The notes: generated from the sequence alone by a model not told the origin. 64,000 bases of DNA from Deltaproteobacteria bacterium (GCA_026388735.1 JAPLJG010000009.1:362-64361); one strand, 5' to 3'; positions 43,709 through 54,089 are shown, counted from the stretch's first letter. A program made the numbers and translations.

Positions 43709-43987
43709 CTATGAAGGGGTCATCTTGGTGTTGGCCCGATAGATAAAGGCGAGGATTTCTGCCACCACCAGATAGGTGTCTGGGGGGATATCGGCATTCA
43801 GATCCAGCTTGGCCAAAATCTCGACCAGATCGGCATCTTCCTGGATGGGGATGCCATGCTCCATGGCCAGGGCGATGATTTTTTCAGCAATTTCTCCCGT
43901 TCCTTTGGCGACAAGCTTGGGCGCGGCATCTCGGGATGTATCGTAGCGAAGGGCAACAGCCTTTTTTTTTGTTGGGATATCTGGCAT
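43709..43987 (-). CDS. FlhB C-terminal-domain-like protein (EscU/YscU family, YlqH-like)
   Basis: 92 aa. KKAVALRYDTSRDAAPKLVAKGTGEIAEKIIALAMEHGIPIQEDADLV matches the FlhB cytoplasmic domain pattern. Confidence 0.8.
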   Translation of the reverse strand: MPDIPTKKKAVALRYDTSRDAAPKLVAKGTGEIAEKIIALAMEHGIPIQEDADLVEILAKLDLNADIPPDTYLVVAEILAFIYRANTKMTPS

Positions 43988-44069
43988 TATGGGCGCTGTG
44001 TTAATGGTTGCATGAGTGTGTGGTCACAGGGGCAGTTGCTGCAATTATACCCGACATCAATCGGAGCGG

Positions 44070-44801
44070 ATGAAAAAAATGCAATTCGGACAGACCTTGC
44101 AGTCGGGAAGGCTTATCTTGCGGTACAAGCGGTTTCTTGCCGACGTGGAAATGGACGATGGCCGCCTGCTCACCGTGCATTGCCCGAATTCCGGCAGCAT
44201 GTCGGGCTGCAAGGAGCCTGGCAGCCCGGTGCTCATCTCCCTGGCGGACAACCCCAAGCGCAAATATCCTCATACCCTGGAGATGGTGCGGGTGGGCACG
44301 ACCTGGGTGGGGATCAACACCGCCCGCACCAATGGATTGGTCTCCGAGGCTATTCAAGCCGGGGTGGTGGCGGAACTGGCCGGGATCGAGACGATCCGGC
44401 CTGAGATTAAGGTGTCGAATAAGAGTCGGTTGGACTTTTTGCTTACCCGCGGGGAGGAGAAGATCTATCTGGAGGTGAAGAATTGTAGCCTGGCCCTGGG
44501 TAGGGCGGCCATGTTTCCCGATGCCGTGACCACCCGGGGCGCGAAGCATCTGGCCGAGCTGCTGACCCTGCGCCAAACCGGCTGTCGGGCCGTGGTTTTT
44601 TTCTGTGTCCAGCGGGAGGATGTGGATTATTTCTCTCCGGCCGGTCACATCGATCCGGGCTATGCGCAGGCTCTGCGGGAGGTGGCGGCCCTGGGGGTGG
44701 AGGTGCTGGCCTATGGCGCGGCCTTGAGCCCGGAGGCGATCACCATTGTCCGGAAGTTGCCGGTTTTTCTTGCCTCCCCTCCCTCGACGGGAGGGGATTG
44801 A
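44070..44801 (+). CDS. sfsA: sugar fermentation stimulation protein / DNA-binding nuclease SfsA
   Basis: The sequence RYKRFLADVEMDDGRLLTVHCPNSGSM...NKSRLDFLL...EVKNC is characteristic of SfsA. The start is set at MKKMQF. Confidence 0.9.
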   Translation: MKKMQFGQTLQSGRLILRYKRFLADVEMDDGRLLTVHCPNSGSMSGCKEPGSPVLISLADNPKRKYPHTLEMVRVGTTWVGINTARTNGLVSEAIQAGVVAELAGIETIRPEIKVSNKSRLDFLLTRGEEKIYLEVKNCSLALGRAAMFPDAVTTRGAKHLAELLTLRQTGCRAVVFFCVQREDVDYFSPAGHIDPGYAQALREVAALGVEVLAYGAALSPEAITIVRKLPVFLASPPSTGGD

Positions 44802-44972
44802 GGGGAGGGTGAAGTTGCCGAGAGCCTCGCCTGTGGCAAGCACCCCCACTCCCGCAGGGGGCGGGGGACTTTGTCACATAATGTATACTCGAATTTTCTC
44901 AGCTTGCTTCGCGGCAACCCTTACAATGGAGTGGGAACAGAAACTGCCGCATGGCGCGGCAACGGGAGATAT

Positions 44973-45668
44973 ATGATGCAGGAAAAACGAAAAGCCGTGG
45001 TGCTTTTGAGTGGCGGGCTTGATTCGGCCACGGTCCTGGCCATGGCCATGGCCGAGGGCTATGAGTGTTGCTGTCTCAGTTTCGCCTACGGTCAGCGCCA
45101 GCAGGTGGAGCTGGAGCGGGCCAAGGCCAATGTAGCCCGGAGGGGGATCGCAAAGCATCTCATCCTTCGCCTTGATCTCGACGCCATCGGCGGCTCGGCC
45201 CTGACCACGGATACCGCAGTGCCCAAGGGGCGCAGTCAAGCGGAGATGAACGCTTCCATCCCCATCACCTATGTGCCGGGCCGCAACACGATCTTTTTGT
45301 CCTATGCCATGGCCTGGGCCGAGGTGCTGGGCGCGGGCGATGTGTTCCTCGGGGTCAATGTCATGGATTACAGCGGCTATCCCGACTGCCGCCCGGAATT
45401 TCTCGAGGCCTTTGAGCGCATGGCCAATCTCGCCACCAGGACCGGAGTGGAAGGGGAAACCCGTTTCCGGGTCCATGCCCCGCTCCTCAAGCTGACCAAG
45501 AGGGAGATCATCGAAAAGGGGTTCGAACTCGGGGTGGATTACGGTCTGACCCATAGCTGTTATGACCCGGACCAAAAGGGCCGGGCCTGCGGCTCCTGCG
45601 ACAGCTGCCTGTTGCGGCTCAAGGGGTTTGCCGAGGCCGGGCGGGTTGATCCGGTGGAGTATCAGTGA
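44973..45668 (+). CDS. queC: 7-cyano-7-deazaguanine synthase QueC
   Basis: Contains [16 protein letters not shown] (PP-loop) and the C-terminal Zn motif [20 protein letters not shown]. The start is set at MMQEKRK. Confidence 0.95.
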   Translation: MMQEKRKAVVLLSGGLDSATVLAMAMAEGYECCCLSFAYGQRQQVELERAKANVARRGIAKHLILRLDLDAIGGSALTTDTAVPKGRSQAEMNASIPITYVPGRNTIFLSYAMAWAEVLGAGDVFLGVNVMDYSGYPDCRPEFLEAFERMANLATRTGVEGETRFRVHAPLLKLTKREIIEKGFELGVDYGLTHSCYDPDQKGRACGSCDSCLLRLKGFAEAGRVDPVEYQ

Positions 45669-46696
45669 AAATGCCCAAATGTGAAAGCAGAGAGGAAACC
45701 ATGAAGAATGCATTGGGCGGCCTGTTTATGGTCGGCCTGCCTGGGACGGAGTTGGATGATTCCACCCGCAACCTCATTAATATGTATGGGATCAATAATT
45801 TCATTCTCTTCAAGAGAAACGCCGAGAGCCCGGAGCAGATCCGCACCCTCTGTCGCGGGCTGGCTGATGCCTGCCGCGCCGCCGGGCTGGGCGCGCCGCT
45901 GATCTCCATTGATCAGGAGGGCGGCACCGTGGCCCGGCTTAAATCCCCCCATTTCACCAAATTTCCCGATGCCAGGGCGCTGGCGGAAAGCGACCGGGCC
46001 GAGGAGCTGCTGACCGATTATGCCCGGATCTGCGCCAAGGAGCTGCTGGCGGTGGGGATCAACATGAACCTGGCCCCGGTGCTGGATGTGAGCCCGGCCG
46101 GGCTGGGGTTGTTCATGGAACGACGGAGTCTGGGCGGAACCCCGGAGCAGGTGGCCCGCTTGGGTGCGCTGGTGATTGCGACCATGCAGGAGAACGGCTT
46201 GGCTGCCTGCGCCAAGCATTTTCCCGGCTTAGGCGGAGCAACCCTGGACCCCCATAAGGTACTGCCCGTGGTGGATCGTTCGCTGGCAGAGCTGCGCGGG
46301 TGTGATCTGGTGCCGTTTGCCGAGGCGATACGGGCGGGGGTGGCCGGGGTGATGACTTCCCACACCGTGTATCCGCAGCTTGATCCCGATCTGCCAGCCA
46401 CCCTGTCGCCGCAGATTTTGGGCGGAGTGCTTCGTGACGAGTTGGGCTATGACGGGATGGTGGTTACTGACGACCTGGAGATGGGGGCCATCGAGAATGA
46501 AGGCACTGTGGCGGATGCCGCCTTGGTCGCTTTTAAGGCCGGGGCGGATATGCTGCTGATCTGCCATGAGTATTCGAAGATTATTGCGGCACATAAACTA
46601 TTAAGTAAGGTGGTTGGTGGGGAGATTTCCGAGGAGAGGGTACGGAGGTCATTGGCGCGGATTGGTGCGGTACGTAGGCGGTTTGCAGGGGATTGA
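45665..46696 (+). CDS. nagZ: beta-N-acetylhexosaminidase NagZ (GH3)
   Basis: Contains [27 protein letters not shown] and [10 protein letters not shown], which are GH3/NagZ motifs. Confidence 0.85.
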   Translation: MKMPKCESREETMKNALGGLFMVGLPGTELDDSTRNLINMYGINNFILFKRNAESPEQIRTLCRGLADACRAAGLGAPLISIDQEGGTVARLKSPHFTKFPDARALAESDRAEELLTDYARICAKELLAVGINMNLAPVLDVSPAGLGLFMERRSLGGTPEQVARLGALVIATMQENGLAACAKHFPGLGGATLDPHKVLPVVDRSLAELRGCDLVPFAEAIRAGVAGVMTSHTVYPQLDPDLPATLSPQILGGVLRDELGYDGMVVTDDLEMGAIENEGTVADAALVAFKAGADMLLICHEYSKIIAAHKLLSKVVGGEISEERVRRSLARIGAVRRRFAGD

Positions 46697-46764
46697 GATT
46701 GGGGTCTTGGGTATTTGGAGAAGTAGTGTGCTTTGTTAGATATGCAAAGAATATAGGGGGTTTT

Positions 46765-47364
46765 ATGTGGTCTTGGAAACGATTTTCAGTGACGGCAACT
46801 CTTGTCATAACCACCGCTGGTATAACCTGGGCTGTCGCTGAGAATGTGCTTGTAAAGCCTCTTGAGTTGCAACTCAATCAAGCGAGGCAGGAAAAACATG
46901 GTGGGAGTCAGCCGGGAAACAGTAACGGCATAAATATTCAGGTTAATGCTAACTCTGGCAATGCCCCCAGTTCTAATGGACTGCAAGTAGGTCAGCAGGC
47001 AACTAATGTCTCCGGTTTTAAAAAATCTCATATGACTCAGCAACCAGATGTGGCAGATAGCAATCGTGAATTAAAAACAAAAAACACTCCGAATGAGTCC
47101 CCTAATCAAGGAGATAATCTTAGAACAGATAAGCAAAGAATATTGCAATCTTATTTGGAGCGTTATTTGGCAAATTATTCAAATATAGATCTTCGTCATG
47201 AGATTCAGTGTGATGAGAAATATATGGACCGTTATCGTGAAGCAAAAGACTATATTGATTTAATAGAGGCGCAAGCTAAGGATTTAAACCGAAAAGATAT
47301 CCTTGATTTCGTTAGGCAGAAGAAGGCCGGGGTCCACATTATCACGGGTGATTGCACTAAATGA
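46765..47364 (+). CDS. hypothetical membrane-anchored protein (orphan, AT-rich)
   Basis: About 199 aa from MWSWKRF. It has one N-terminal transmembrane helix, then an Asn/Gln/Ser-rich low-complexity region and a charged helical C-terminus. I recognise no family. The region is visibly AT-rich relative to the window. Confidence 0.5.
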   Translation: MWSWKRFSVTATLVITTAGITWAVAENVLVKPLELQLNQARQEKHGGSQPGNSNGINIQVNANSGNAPSSNGLQVGQQATNVSGFKKSHMTQQPDVADSNRELKTKNTPNESPNQGDNLRTDKQRILQSYLERYLANYSNIDLRHEIQCDEKYMDRYREAKDYIDLIEAQAKDLNRKDILDFVRQKKAGVHIITGDCTK

Positions 47365-47662
47365 ACATAAGGCAAAAAACAGGGTCGGATTTATTTTTTG
47401 TCGAATCCCAAAAATCTCGAAGGCGAGCAGGTCGGCTGTCCTGCTATGTTCTTTTGCTAGCCTTTTAACCGTAACATTCTGCCCATGAAAAACCGGTCTG
47501 ATCGTGGGCCAAATCCCGCCTCTTCCTTCCCGGTTTTTTTCTTGCACCTCCCACGAAGAGAAGCTGTTTTTTCGCCTGGCATCGTGGTAGAATACAATCG
47601 AAAGCTCTCCAGTCGGCTGCCCCTGCGGGCGGCAATTTAATCACTTGTGATGGAGGAATTGC

Positions 47663-48196
47663 ATGGAACTACAAGTTGAAGGACGGAACCTGGAAATTCG
47701 TAAGGTTTGGCAGGAAAAAATCGAAGAGGAGAAGGGGCGCCTTGATCGCCATCATCCCGGGCTTGTTCACCATCTGCGCATCTCCATTGAGGAGACCGCC
47801 GGGCATAAGACGGGCGGCCATGAGGTCCGCCTGGTTGCTTCCGTTCCCAATGACACCGTGGTTGTGAAAAGAAAAGGCGAGGCGGTGCGGCCTCTGTTGG
47901 TCGAGGCGTTTGACACCTTGGGCCTCCAGTTGAAGGAGATGCAGCGCAAGCGGCGGCAGAACGGCAAGGAGCCAGAGGCTGGGGCTGTCGGACCGGCCAT
48001 GGGCACCATCAAGAGCCTGTTCCCCTATGAGTCCTACGGGTTTCTCATGACCCCGGACGGCCAGGAGGTATATTTTCACGAGAACGCTCTCAAGGACGTG
48101 ACCATGGCCCAGTTGGCCGAAGGCGACGGGGTTCGCTTTGGCGAGGGCGAAGGGGATAAAGGGCCGACGGCGGCTTGGGTAAAGCTGGCTAAATAA
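47663..48196 (+). CDS. HPF/RaiA ribosome-associated factor fused to a cold-shock-like (CSD/OB) domain
   Basis: The N-terminal ~100 aa are S30EA/HPF-like (MELQVEGRNLEIRKVWQEKIEE...). The C-terminal ~60 aa (GTIKSLFPYESYGFLMTPDGQEVYFHENAL...GDKGPTAAWVKL) align by eye with CspA ([27 protein letters not shown]...GAKGPAAGNV). Confidence 0.8.
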   Translation: MELQVEGRNLEIRKVWQEKIEEEKGRLDRHHPGLVHHLRISIEETAGHKTGGHEVRLVASVPNDTVVVKRKGEAVRPLLVEAFDTLGLQLKEMQRKRRQNGKEPEAGAVGPAMGTIKSLFPYESYGFLMTPDGQEVYFHENALKDVTMAQLAEGDGVRFGEGEGDKGPTAAWVKLAK

Positions 48197-48222
48197 GCAA
48201 GCGAACGCGGAGTAGCACACAG

Positions 48223-48257
48223 GGCGCAAAGATACCAGGAAAAGAGATCTTTGCGCC
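48223..48257 (+). terminator. hairpin terminator candidate after the HPF-CSD gene
   Basis: GGCGCAAAGAT, a 13-nt loop, then ATCTTTGCGCC form a perfect 11-bp stem, followed by TTGGTATAT. Confidence 0.45.
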
Positions 48258-48305
48258 TTGGTATATCCGCGGTACATAAAATTTTCGGGAGAGAAGGACA
48301 GACCG

Positions 48306-49397
48306 ATGACCGTGTTGCAGCAGGTTGAGCTTGGCTCGGAATACCTGCAAGAAAAAGAAGAAATAATCTGCCAAAGGATTGCCGCCCGCAAGAAAGAGCT
48401 GGGCGGCAATCTTTTGATTTTGGGGCACCACTACCAGCAGGAGGCGACCTTCCAGTTCGCCGATCTGACCGGGGATTCCCTCAAGCTTGCCCGTAATGCC
48501 GCCGCGGCCAAGGACCGGAAGTACATCGTTTTTTGCGGCGTGCATTTCATGGCCGAATCCGCCGACATCCTGACCTCTGCGGACCAGGTGGTTATCCTTC
48601 CCGATCTCCGGGCCGGTTGCCCCATGGCCGACATGGCCGATAGCGACGAGGTGGCCTCGGCCTGGCAGGAGCTGACCGGTGTGGATACAGGCCGGGTCAT
48701 TCCCGTGACCTATGTCAACTCCTCGGCCCGGATCAAGGCCTTTGTCGGGACGCGGGGCGGTTCGGTCTGCACCTCGTCCAACGCCGAGCGGGTGCTGACC
48801 TGGGCACTCTCCCAGGGGGACAAGGTCTTTTTCTTTCCTGACGAGCATCTGGGCCGCAACTCTGCCAGCGCCTTGGGGATTCCCGAAGATGAGGTGGTGC
48901 TCTGGCAACGCGGCATGCCCTTGGGCGGCAACACCCTGGAGGCGCTGCGCAAAGCCAAGGTTATTCTCTGGAATGGCTACTGCACAGTGCACATGGAGTT
49001 TACCGCTGCCCTGTTGGACCAGTGGCGTGAGCGGGTTCCGGGAATCCGAATCATCGTGCATCCCGAGTGCCGCAACGAGGTGATGAGTCGGGCCGATCAG
49101 TATGGCTCCACCGAGGCGATTATCAAGGCGGTGGCCGACTCTTCGCCGGGTAGCAAATGGGCTATCGGTACCGAGGTCAATCTGGTGAACCGGCTCAAGA
49201 GTCAGTATCCGGATCGGGAGATCCATCTGCTTGCCCCGTCTCCGTGCCTTTGCGAGACCATGTACCGCATCCGACCGGCCAGCCTTCTCTGGGTGCTCGA
49301 CAATCTGGCCCAAGGGCGGATTGTTAATCAGATCACGGTGCCGCTCGATGTGGCGGCGGATGCTAAACTTGCCCTGGACCGGATGCTGCGGATATAA
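48306..49397 (+). CDS. nadA: quinolinate synthase NadA
   Basis: LILGHHYQQEATFQFADLTGDSLKLAR...FCGVHFMAESADIL is the NadA pattern. The start could be MTVLQQ (48306) or the upstream GTG/ATG at 48258. Confidence 0.9.
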   Translation: MTVLQQVELGSEYLQEKEEIICQRIAARKKELGGNLLILGHHYQQEATFQFADLTGDSLKLARNAAAAKDRKYIVFCGVHFMAESADILTSADQVVILPDLRAGCPMADMADSDEVASAWQELTGVDTGRVIPVTYVNSSARIKAFVGTRGGSVCTSSNAERVLTWALSQGDKVFFFPDEHLGRNSASALGIPEDEVVLWQRGMPLGGNTLEALRKAKVILWNGYCTVHMEFTAALLDQWRERVPGIRIIVHPECRNEVMSRADQYGSTEAIIKAVADSSPGSKWAIGTEVNLVNRLKSQYPDREIHLLAPSPCLCETMYRIRPASLLWVLDNLAQGRIVNQITVPLDVAADAKLALDRMLRI

Positions 49398-49439
49398 CCG
49401 GACGTTTTGTTCCTGATATGACGTAACAAGGATTTTGCC

Positions 49440-51284
49440 ATGTGTGGAATAGTTGGGTATGTGGGGCAGCGGCATGTGCTGCCCATTCTTTTGGAAGGTT
49501 TGAAGCGCCTGGAGTACCGGGGCTATGATTCGGCCGGGGTGGTGTATGTGCACGGCGGCAAGCTCCAGAAACACCGGGCTGCGGGCAAACTCGGCAAGCT
49601 CGAAGAGCTGCTGGAGACGGTGCGGGACCGCGACAGCCATATCGGCCTGGGCCATACCCGCTGGGCAACCCACGGCGCGCCTTCCGAGATCAATGCCCAT
49701 CCGCATTGCGACTGTAGCGGCGACTTGGTTGTGGTTCACAACGGGATCATCGAGAATTACCATACCCTCCGGGAAGAGCTGAAGGGACGCGGGCATGTCT
49801 TCTGCTCGGAAACCGACACCGAGGTGTTGGCCCATCTCATCGAGGAAGAGCTCTCCTCCGGCGATCTGGTTAAGGCGGTGCGCCAGGCCCTGAAAAAGGT
49901 GGAAGGCTCCTACGCCATCGGGGTTTTGTGGGCTGGCCAGCCGGACAGGCTGGTGGCGGTGAGACACCAAAGCCCGTTGGTTCTGGGGATTGCCGAGGGA
50001 GGAGGCTGCCTGATGGCCTCCGACATCCCGGCCCTGCTTCCCTACACCAATCAGGTGGTTTTTCTGGAGGATGGGGAGCTTGCCGTCCTGAAGCAGGGGG
50101 ACTGGCAGGTGATGGGTCTGGCCAGCGGCAAGAAGGTGGCCAAGGAGATCAAGACCATCGAGTGGAACGCGGCCATGGCCGAGAAGGGCGGGTATCGGCA
50201 TTTCATGCTCAAGGAGATCTTCGAGCAGCCCCAGGCCATCCTTAACACCTTCCGGGGTCGGCTCGATCCGGAAACCGGCCAGGTGCAACTGCCCGAGATT
50301 GGTCTGAGCGCGGCGGAGCTGAAAAAGATCAGCCGCATCTCCCTGGTGGCCTGCGGCACCTCCTGGCATGCGGCCCTGGTGGCCAAATACTGGCTGGAAA
50401 AATGGGTGGGCATCCCGGTGGAGGTGGATATCGCCTCGGAGTTCCGTTACCGTCGCCTGTTGCTGGACGAAACCGTGATGGTGGTGCCCATCTCCCAGTC
50501 CGGTGAAACCGCCGACACCCTGGCAGGCTTACGGCTGGCTAAGAAGATGGGGGCCAAGGTCATCGCCATCTGTAACGTCTTGGGCAGTACCATCACCCGT
50601 GAGTCCCATGGCACGATTTACACCCATGCCGGGCCGGAGATCGGGGTGGCCTCCACCAAGGCCTTCACCTGCCAGCTCACGGCCCTGTTGCTGTTCACTC
50701 TCTTTTTGGGCGAGCGCCGCAAGACTATTGCCCCCAAGGACCGCAAGGCCATTGGCCAGGCCCTCCTCGACCTGCCCGCCCTTATGGAGCAGGAGCTGCC
50801 CCGATTGCAGGAGGAAACCGCCTGCATCGCCGAGGCCTTTGCCCAGAGCCGGGATTTTCTTTATTTGGGCAGGGGAAGCAATTTCCCCATCGCCCTGGAA
50901 GGGGCCTTGAAACTCAAGGAGATATCGTACATCCATGCCGAAGGCTATGCGGCAGGCGAACTCAAGCACGGCCCCATCGCCCTCATCGACCGGGATATGC
51001 CGGTTCTGGCATTGGCCCCTCGCGACAGTGTCTACGAAAAGGTCATTTCCAACGTGGAAGAGATCAAGGCCAGAAACGGCAGGATCATTCTCGTTGCCAA
51101 TGCGGACGACAAAAACTGCAAGCGCATCGCCGAAAAGGTGATCACGGTGCCGGTCTGCCACGAGGAGTTGACCCCGATCCTCTTTGTATTGCCCTTGCAG
51201 CTGCTGGCCTATGAGATTGCCATTCTGCGCGGCTGTGATGTGGATCAGCCACGTAACCTGGCCAAGAGCGTCACGGTGGAATAG
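49440..51284 (+). CDS. glmS: glutamine--fructose-6-phosphate aminotransferase GlmS
   Basis: 614 aa. It begins MCGIVGYVG, has two SIS domains and ends ...NLAKSVTVE. Confidence 0.97.
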   Translation: MCGIVGYVGQRHVLPILLEGLKRLEYRGYDSAGVVYVHGGKLQKHRAAGKLGKLEELLETVRDRDSHIGLGHTRWATHGAPSEINAHPHCDCSGDLVVVHNGIIENYHTLREELKGRGHVFCSETDTEVLAHLIEEELSSGDLVKAVRQALKKVEGSYAIGVLWAGQPDRLVAVRHQSPLVLGIAEGGGCLMASDIPALLPYTNQVVFLEDGELAVLKQGDWQVMGLASGKKVAKEIKTIEWNAAMAEKGGYRHFMLKEIFEQPQAILNTFRGRLDPETGQVQLPEIGLSAAELKKISRISLVACGTSWHAALVAKYWLEKWVGIPVEVDIASEFRYRRLLLDETVMVVPISQSGETADTLAGLRLAKKMGAKVIAICNVLGSTITRESHGTIYTHAGPEIGVASTKAFTCQLTALLLFTLFLGERRKTIAPKDRKAIGQALLDLPALMEQELPRLQEETACIAEAFAQSRDFLYLGRGSNFPIALEGALKLKEISYIHAEGYAAGELKHGPIALIDRDMPVLALAPRDSVYEKVISNVEEIKARNGRIILVANADDKNCKRIAEKVITVPVCHEELTPILFVLPLQLLAYEIAILRGCDVDQPRNLAKSVTVE

Positions 51285-51287
51285 AGG

Positions 51288-52745
51288 TTACTCCCTCTCG
51301 GCGCAACCACTTCCTCGGAGGCCGAAAAAGAATTTGAGGCCCTTGCGCACGGGTGCGGAAAAGATTTTTTTGGCAAAAACCGCGCCTGCCACCCGTTTGT
51401 TAATTTCGCCCAAGGTGGGGTAGGGGTGGATGGCCGAGGCAATCTTTGCCAGCCCCACCCCGCAGTTCATCACCGCCACCCACTCGCCCAGAAGCTCCCC
51501 GGCCTGGGGGCCGAGAATCTGCACGCCAAGGGGGTTCCCCCTGTGGTCGAGCAGCAGCTTGATCCTCCCGACACTTTCTCCCTCGGCCAGCCCCCGATCA
51601 TTATCCGTGAACTCCTCCCGCCAGACCGTGTAGTCGATCCCGGCATTTTGGGCGCGTTTTTCGTTTAAGCCGATGCTGGCCAGGGCCGGATGGGCATAGG
51701 TGCACCAAGGCACCAGGCTGTAATCGGCTTTTTGGGGCAGATGGAAAACCGCATTACGTAACACCACTCCCCCTTCATACCCGGCGACATGGGTGAATTG
51801 ATAGCCGCCGATGACGTCGCCTGCTCCATAAATATGGCGGTGGCTGGTCCGCAGATAGCTGTTCACTTTGAGTCCTTTATGGTCGAAGGGGATATCGATT
51901 TTTTCCAGACCCAGGCCAGCCATGTTGGGAGCGCGGCCCAGGGCAATCAGGATCGCCTCGGCTTTGAGAGTCATGGTCTCGCCCGCCGCATTTTTCACCA
52001 CCACCTCCCGCTCCCGGCCCAGATCACCCACCCGGACCACTGTGGTGTTCAGGAGAAAGGTTACACCTTCTTCCTCCAGCGCCTGCTGGACGATTTCTGC
52101 CATGTCCCGGTCTTCCTTGCTTAATATCTGGCCGCTGCGCTGGATCACCGTTACCTTGGTGCCAAGGCGGCAGAAGGCCTGGGCCAGTTCCACGGCAATG
52201 GGTCCTGCGCCGAGAATGATCATCGAGGCGGGCAGCGCGTCGAGCGAGAAGAGGTCGCGGTTGGTCAGATAGGGTGTTGCCGTTAGGCCCTCGATGGCTG
52301 GAATTTCCGGGGATGAACCGGTGGCGATGATCCAGGCGCGGGCGGAGATGTTTTTTCCGCCCAGGGCAATGGCATGTTCGTCGGTGAATATCGGGTTGCC
52401 GAATTCCACCCGGGCGCCGAGCTTGCAAAACCGCGCCACCGAGTCGTGCTCCTGAATGGCGTTGATCACCGAGTTGATCCGGGCGGAGACCTGCCGAAAA
52501 TCCACGGCAGGCGGGGTAATGGCCGGCAGGCCGAATTTGGGTCCGTTTTTCATTAGGTGATAGACATGGGCGGTCTTGAGCAGGGTCTTGCTCGGCACGC
52601 AGCCATAGTGGAGGCAATCGCCGCCTAGCGCCGCCTCCTTTTCCACCAGCAAGGTCTTGGCCCCAAGCTGCGCCGCGCCGGAAGCCACCGTGAGCCCTGC
52701 GGCGCCGCCGCCGATGATGCCGAGATCGTAATCATAGTTGGCCAT
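51288..52745 (-). CDS. pyridine nucleotide-disulfide oxidoreductase (dihydrolipoyl dehydrogenase / mercuric reductase-like)
   Basis: Contains YDLGIIGGGAAGLTVA (FAD), the redox disulfide GGDCLHYGCVPSK, an NAD motif and a dimerisation domain. The start is set at MANYDYD. The track adds 57 aa upstream. Confidence 0.85.
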   Translation of the reverse strand: MANYDYDLGIIGGGAAGLTVASGAAQLGAKTLLVEKEAALGGDCLHYGCVPSKTLLKTAHVYHLMKNGPKFGLPAITPPAVDFRQVSARINSVINAIQEHDSVARFCKLGARVEFGNPIFTDEHAIALGGKNISARAWIIATGSSPEIPAIEGLTATPYLTNRDLFSLDALPASMIILGAGPIAVELAQAFCRLGTKVTVIQRSGQILSKEDRDMAEIVQQALEEEGVTFLLNTTVVRVGDLGREREVVVKNAAGETMTLKAEAILIALGRAPNMAGLGLEKIDIPFDHKGLKVNSYLRTSHRHIYGAGDVIGGYQFTHVAGYEGGVVLRNAVFHLPQKADYSLVPWCTYAHPALASIGLNEKRAQNAGIDYTVWREEFTDNDRGLAEGESVGRIKLLLDHRGNPLGVQILGPQAGELLGEWVAVMNCGVGLAKIASAIHPYPTLGEINKRVAGAVFAKKIFSAPVRKGLKFFFGLRGSGCAERE

Positions 52746-52949
52746 GCTGTTTTTTCTCCGTCTTGTCGGGTTTATGGCAGCGTTGGCTTGAGAATTTGCT
52801 GCTTCCATAGTAGGATGTGCCGCAGATATAGATCCGGCGAGCAGCGCAGCGTGTGCTCCATGGGTTCTGGATAAAGTATACAGCATTATTCTGCCGCCAG
52901 GCCAAGGCAAAATCAACTGGGCTTGCAGCGGCGTGCATTAGGAGCGAAG

Positions 52950-54077
52950 ATGAAGAAAAAAGCATTGATTACCGGGGTGACAGGGCAGGACGGTGCCTAT
53001 CTGGCGGAATTTCTCCTGGAGAAAGGCTACGAGGTGCATGGCCTGAAACGGCGGACCTCCCTGTTCAACACCGATCGCATCGACCATATCTTTCAGGACC
53101 CCCATGAAACAGATGTAGCCTTTATCCTGCACCATGGTGATATGACCGATTCCAGCAGCCTGATTCGGATCATCCAAAAGGTGCAGCCCGATGAGGTGTA
53201 CAACCTCGCTGCCCAGAGCCATGTGGCCGTCTCCTTCGAGGAGCCGGAATACACCGCGGATTCCGATGCCCTCGGCGCCTTGCGGATTCTGGAGGCGATC
53301 CGGATTCTGGGGCTGGAGAAAAAGACCAGATTCTACCAGGCCTCGACCTCGGAGCTGTTCGGCAAGGTGCAGGAGACCCCGCAGCGGGAAACTACCCCGT
53401 TTTATCCCCGGTCGCCCTACGCGGTGGCCAAGCTCTATGCCTACTGGATCACGGTGAACTACCGGGAGGCCTATGGGATCTATGGCTGTAACGGGATTCT
53501 GTTCAACCACGAATCCCCCATCCGCGGCGAAACCTTTGTCACCCGAAAAATCACCCGTGGCCTTGCCCGGATCGCCGTTGGCCTGCAGAGTTGCATCTAT
53601 CTCGGTAACATGAATGCCCTGCGGGACTGGGGACATGCCAAGGATTTCGTCGAGATGCAGTGGCTCATGCTCCAGCAGGAGAGCCCGGAGGATTTCGTGA
53701 TCGCCACGGGCGAACAGCACAGTGTGCGGGAGTTTGTCGAGGTGGCGGCCGGGGAGCTTGGGGTTCGGCTCCGCTGGGAGGGTGAAGGGGTTGGTGAGAT
53801 CGGTATCGTGGCCTCGCTGGCCGATGCCCCGGAAGGCACCGGCTTCACTGTGGGGCAGGCCATTGTCCGGGTGGATGCCCGCTACTTCCGGCCCACGGAG
53901 GTGGAAACCCTGTTGGGCGACCCGACTAAGGCTAAGGAAAAGCTGGGCTGGACCCCAAAGATCACCTTTGCCCAGCTGGTAACCGAGATGGTGCACGAAG
54001 ATCTTTCGATCGCTCGGCGGGATAAAATGTGCCAGCAGAGCGGATTCAAGGTTTTCAACCGGCACGAACAGCCGTAA
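52950..54077 (+). CDS. gmd: GDP-mannose 4,6-dehydratase
   Basis: [31 protein letters not shown]...[10 protein letters not shown] is classic Gmd. Confidence 0.95.
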   Translation: MKKKALITGVTGQDGAYLAEFLLEKGYEVHGLKRRTSLFNTDRIDHIFQDPHETDVAFILHHGDMTDSSSLIRIIQKVQPDEVYNLAAQSHVAVSFEEPEYTADSDALGALRILEAIRILGLEKKTRFYQASTSELFGKVQETPQRETTPFYPRSPYAVAKLYAYWITVNYREAYGIYGCNGILFNHESPIRGETFVTRKITRGLARIAVGLQSCIYLGNMNALRDWGHAKDFVEMQWLMLQQESPEDFVIATGEQHSVREFVEVAAGELGVRLRWEGEGVGEIGIVASLADAPEGTGFTVGQAIVRVDARYFRPTEVETLLGDPTKAKEKLGWTPKITFAQLVTEMVHEDLSIARRDKMCQQSGFKVFNRHEQP

Positions 54078-54089
54078 TCTCTCTGGGCG

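Noticed and set aside
44880-44972. preQ1 riboswitch upstream of queC
   Set aside because: There is no recognisable preQ1-I or preQ1-II consensus. Only a GCGGCA...TGCCGC pairing and a duplicated GCGGCAAC are present. An Rfam scan would be needed before any claim.
49398-49439. glmS ribozyme upstream of glmS
   Set aside because: The intergenic space is only 42 nt, far too short for the ribozyme.
48189-50369. 726-aa ORF on the minus strand
   Set aside because: It is antisense to the unambiguous nadA and glmS genes. The product is Gly/Arg/Pro/His/Leu-rich with no recognisable motifs. This is the typical stop-codon-poor antisense frame of GC-rich coding DNA.
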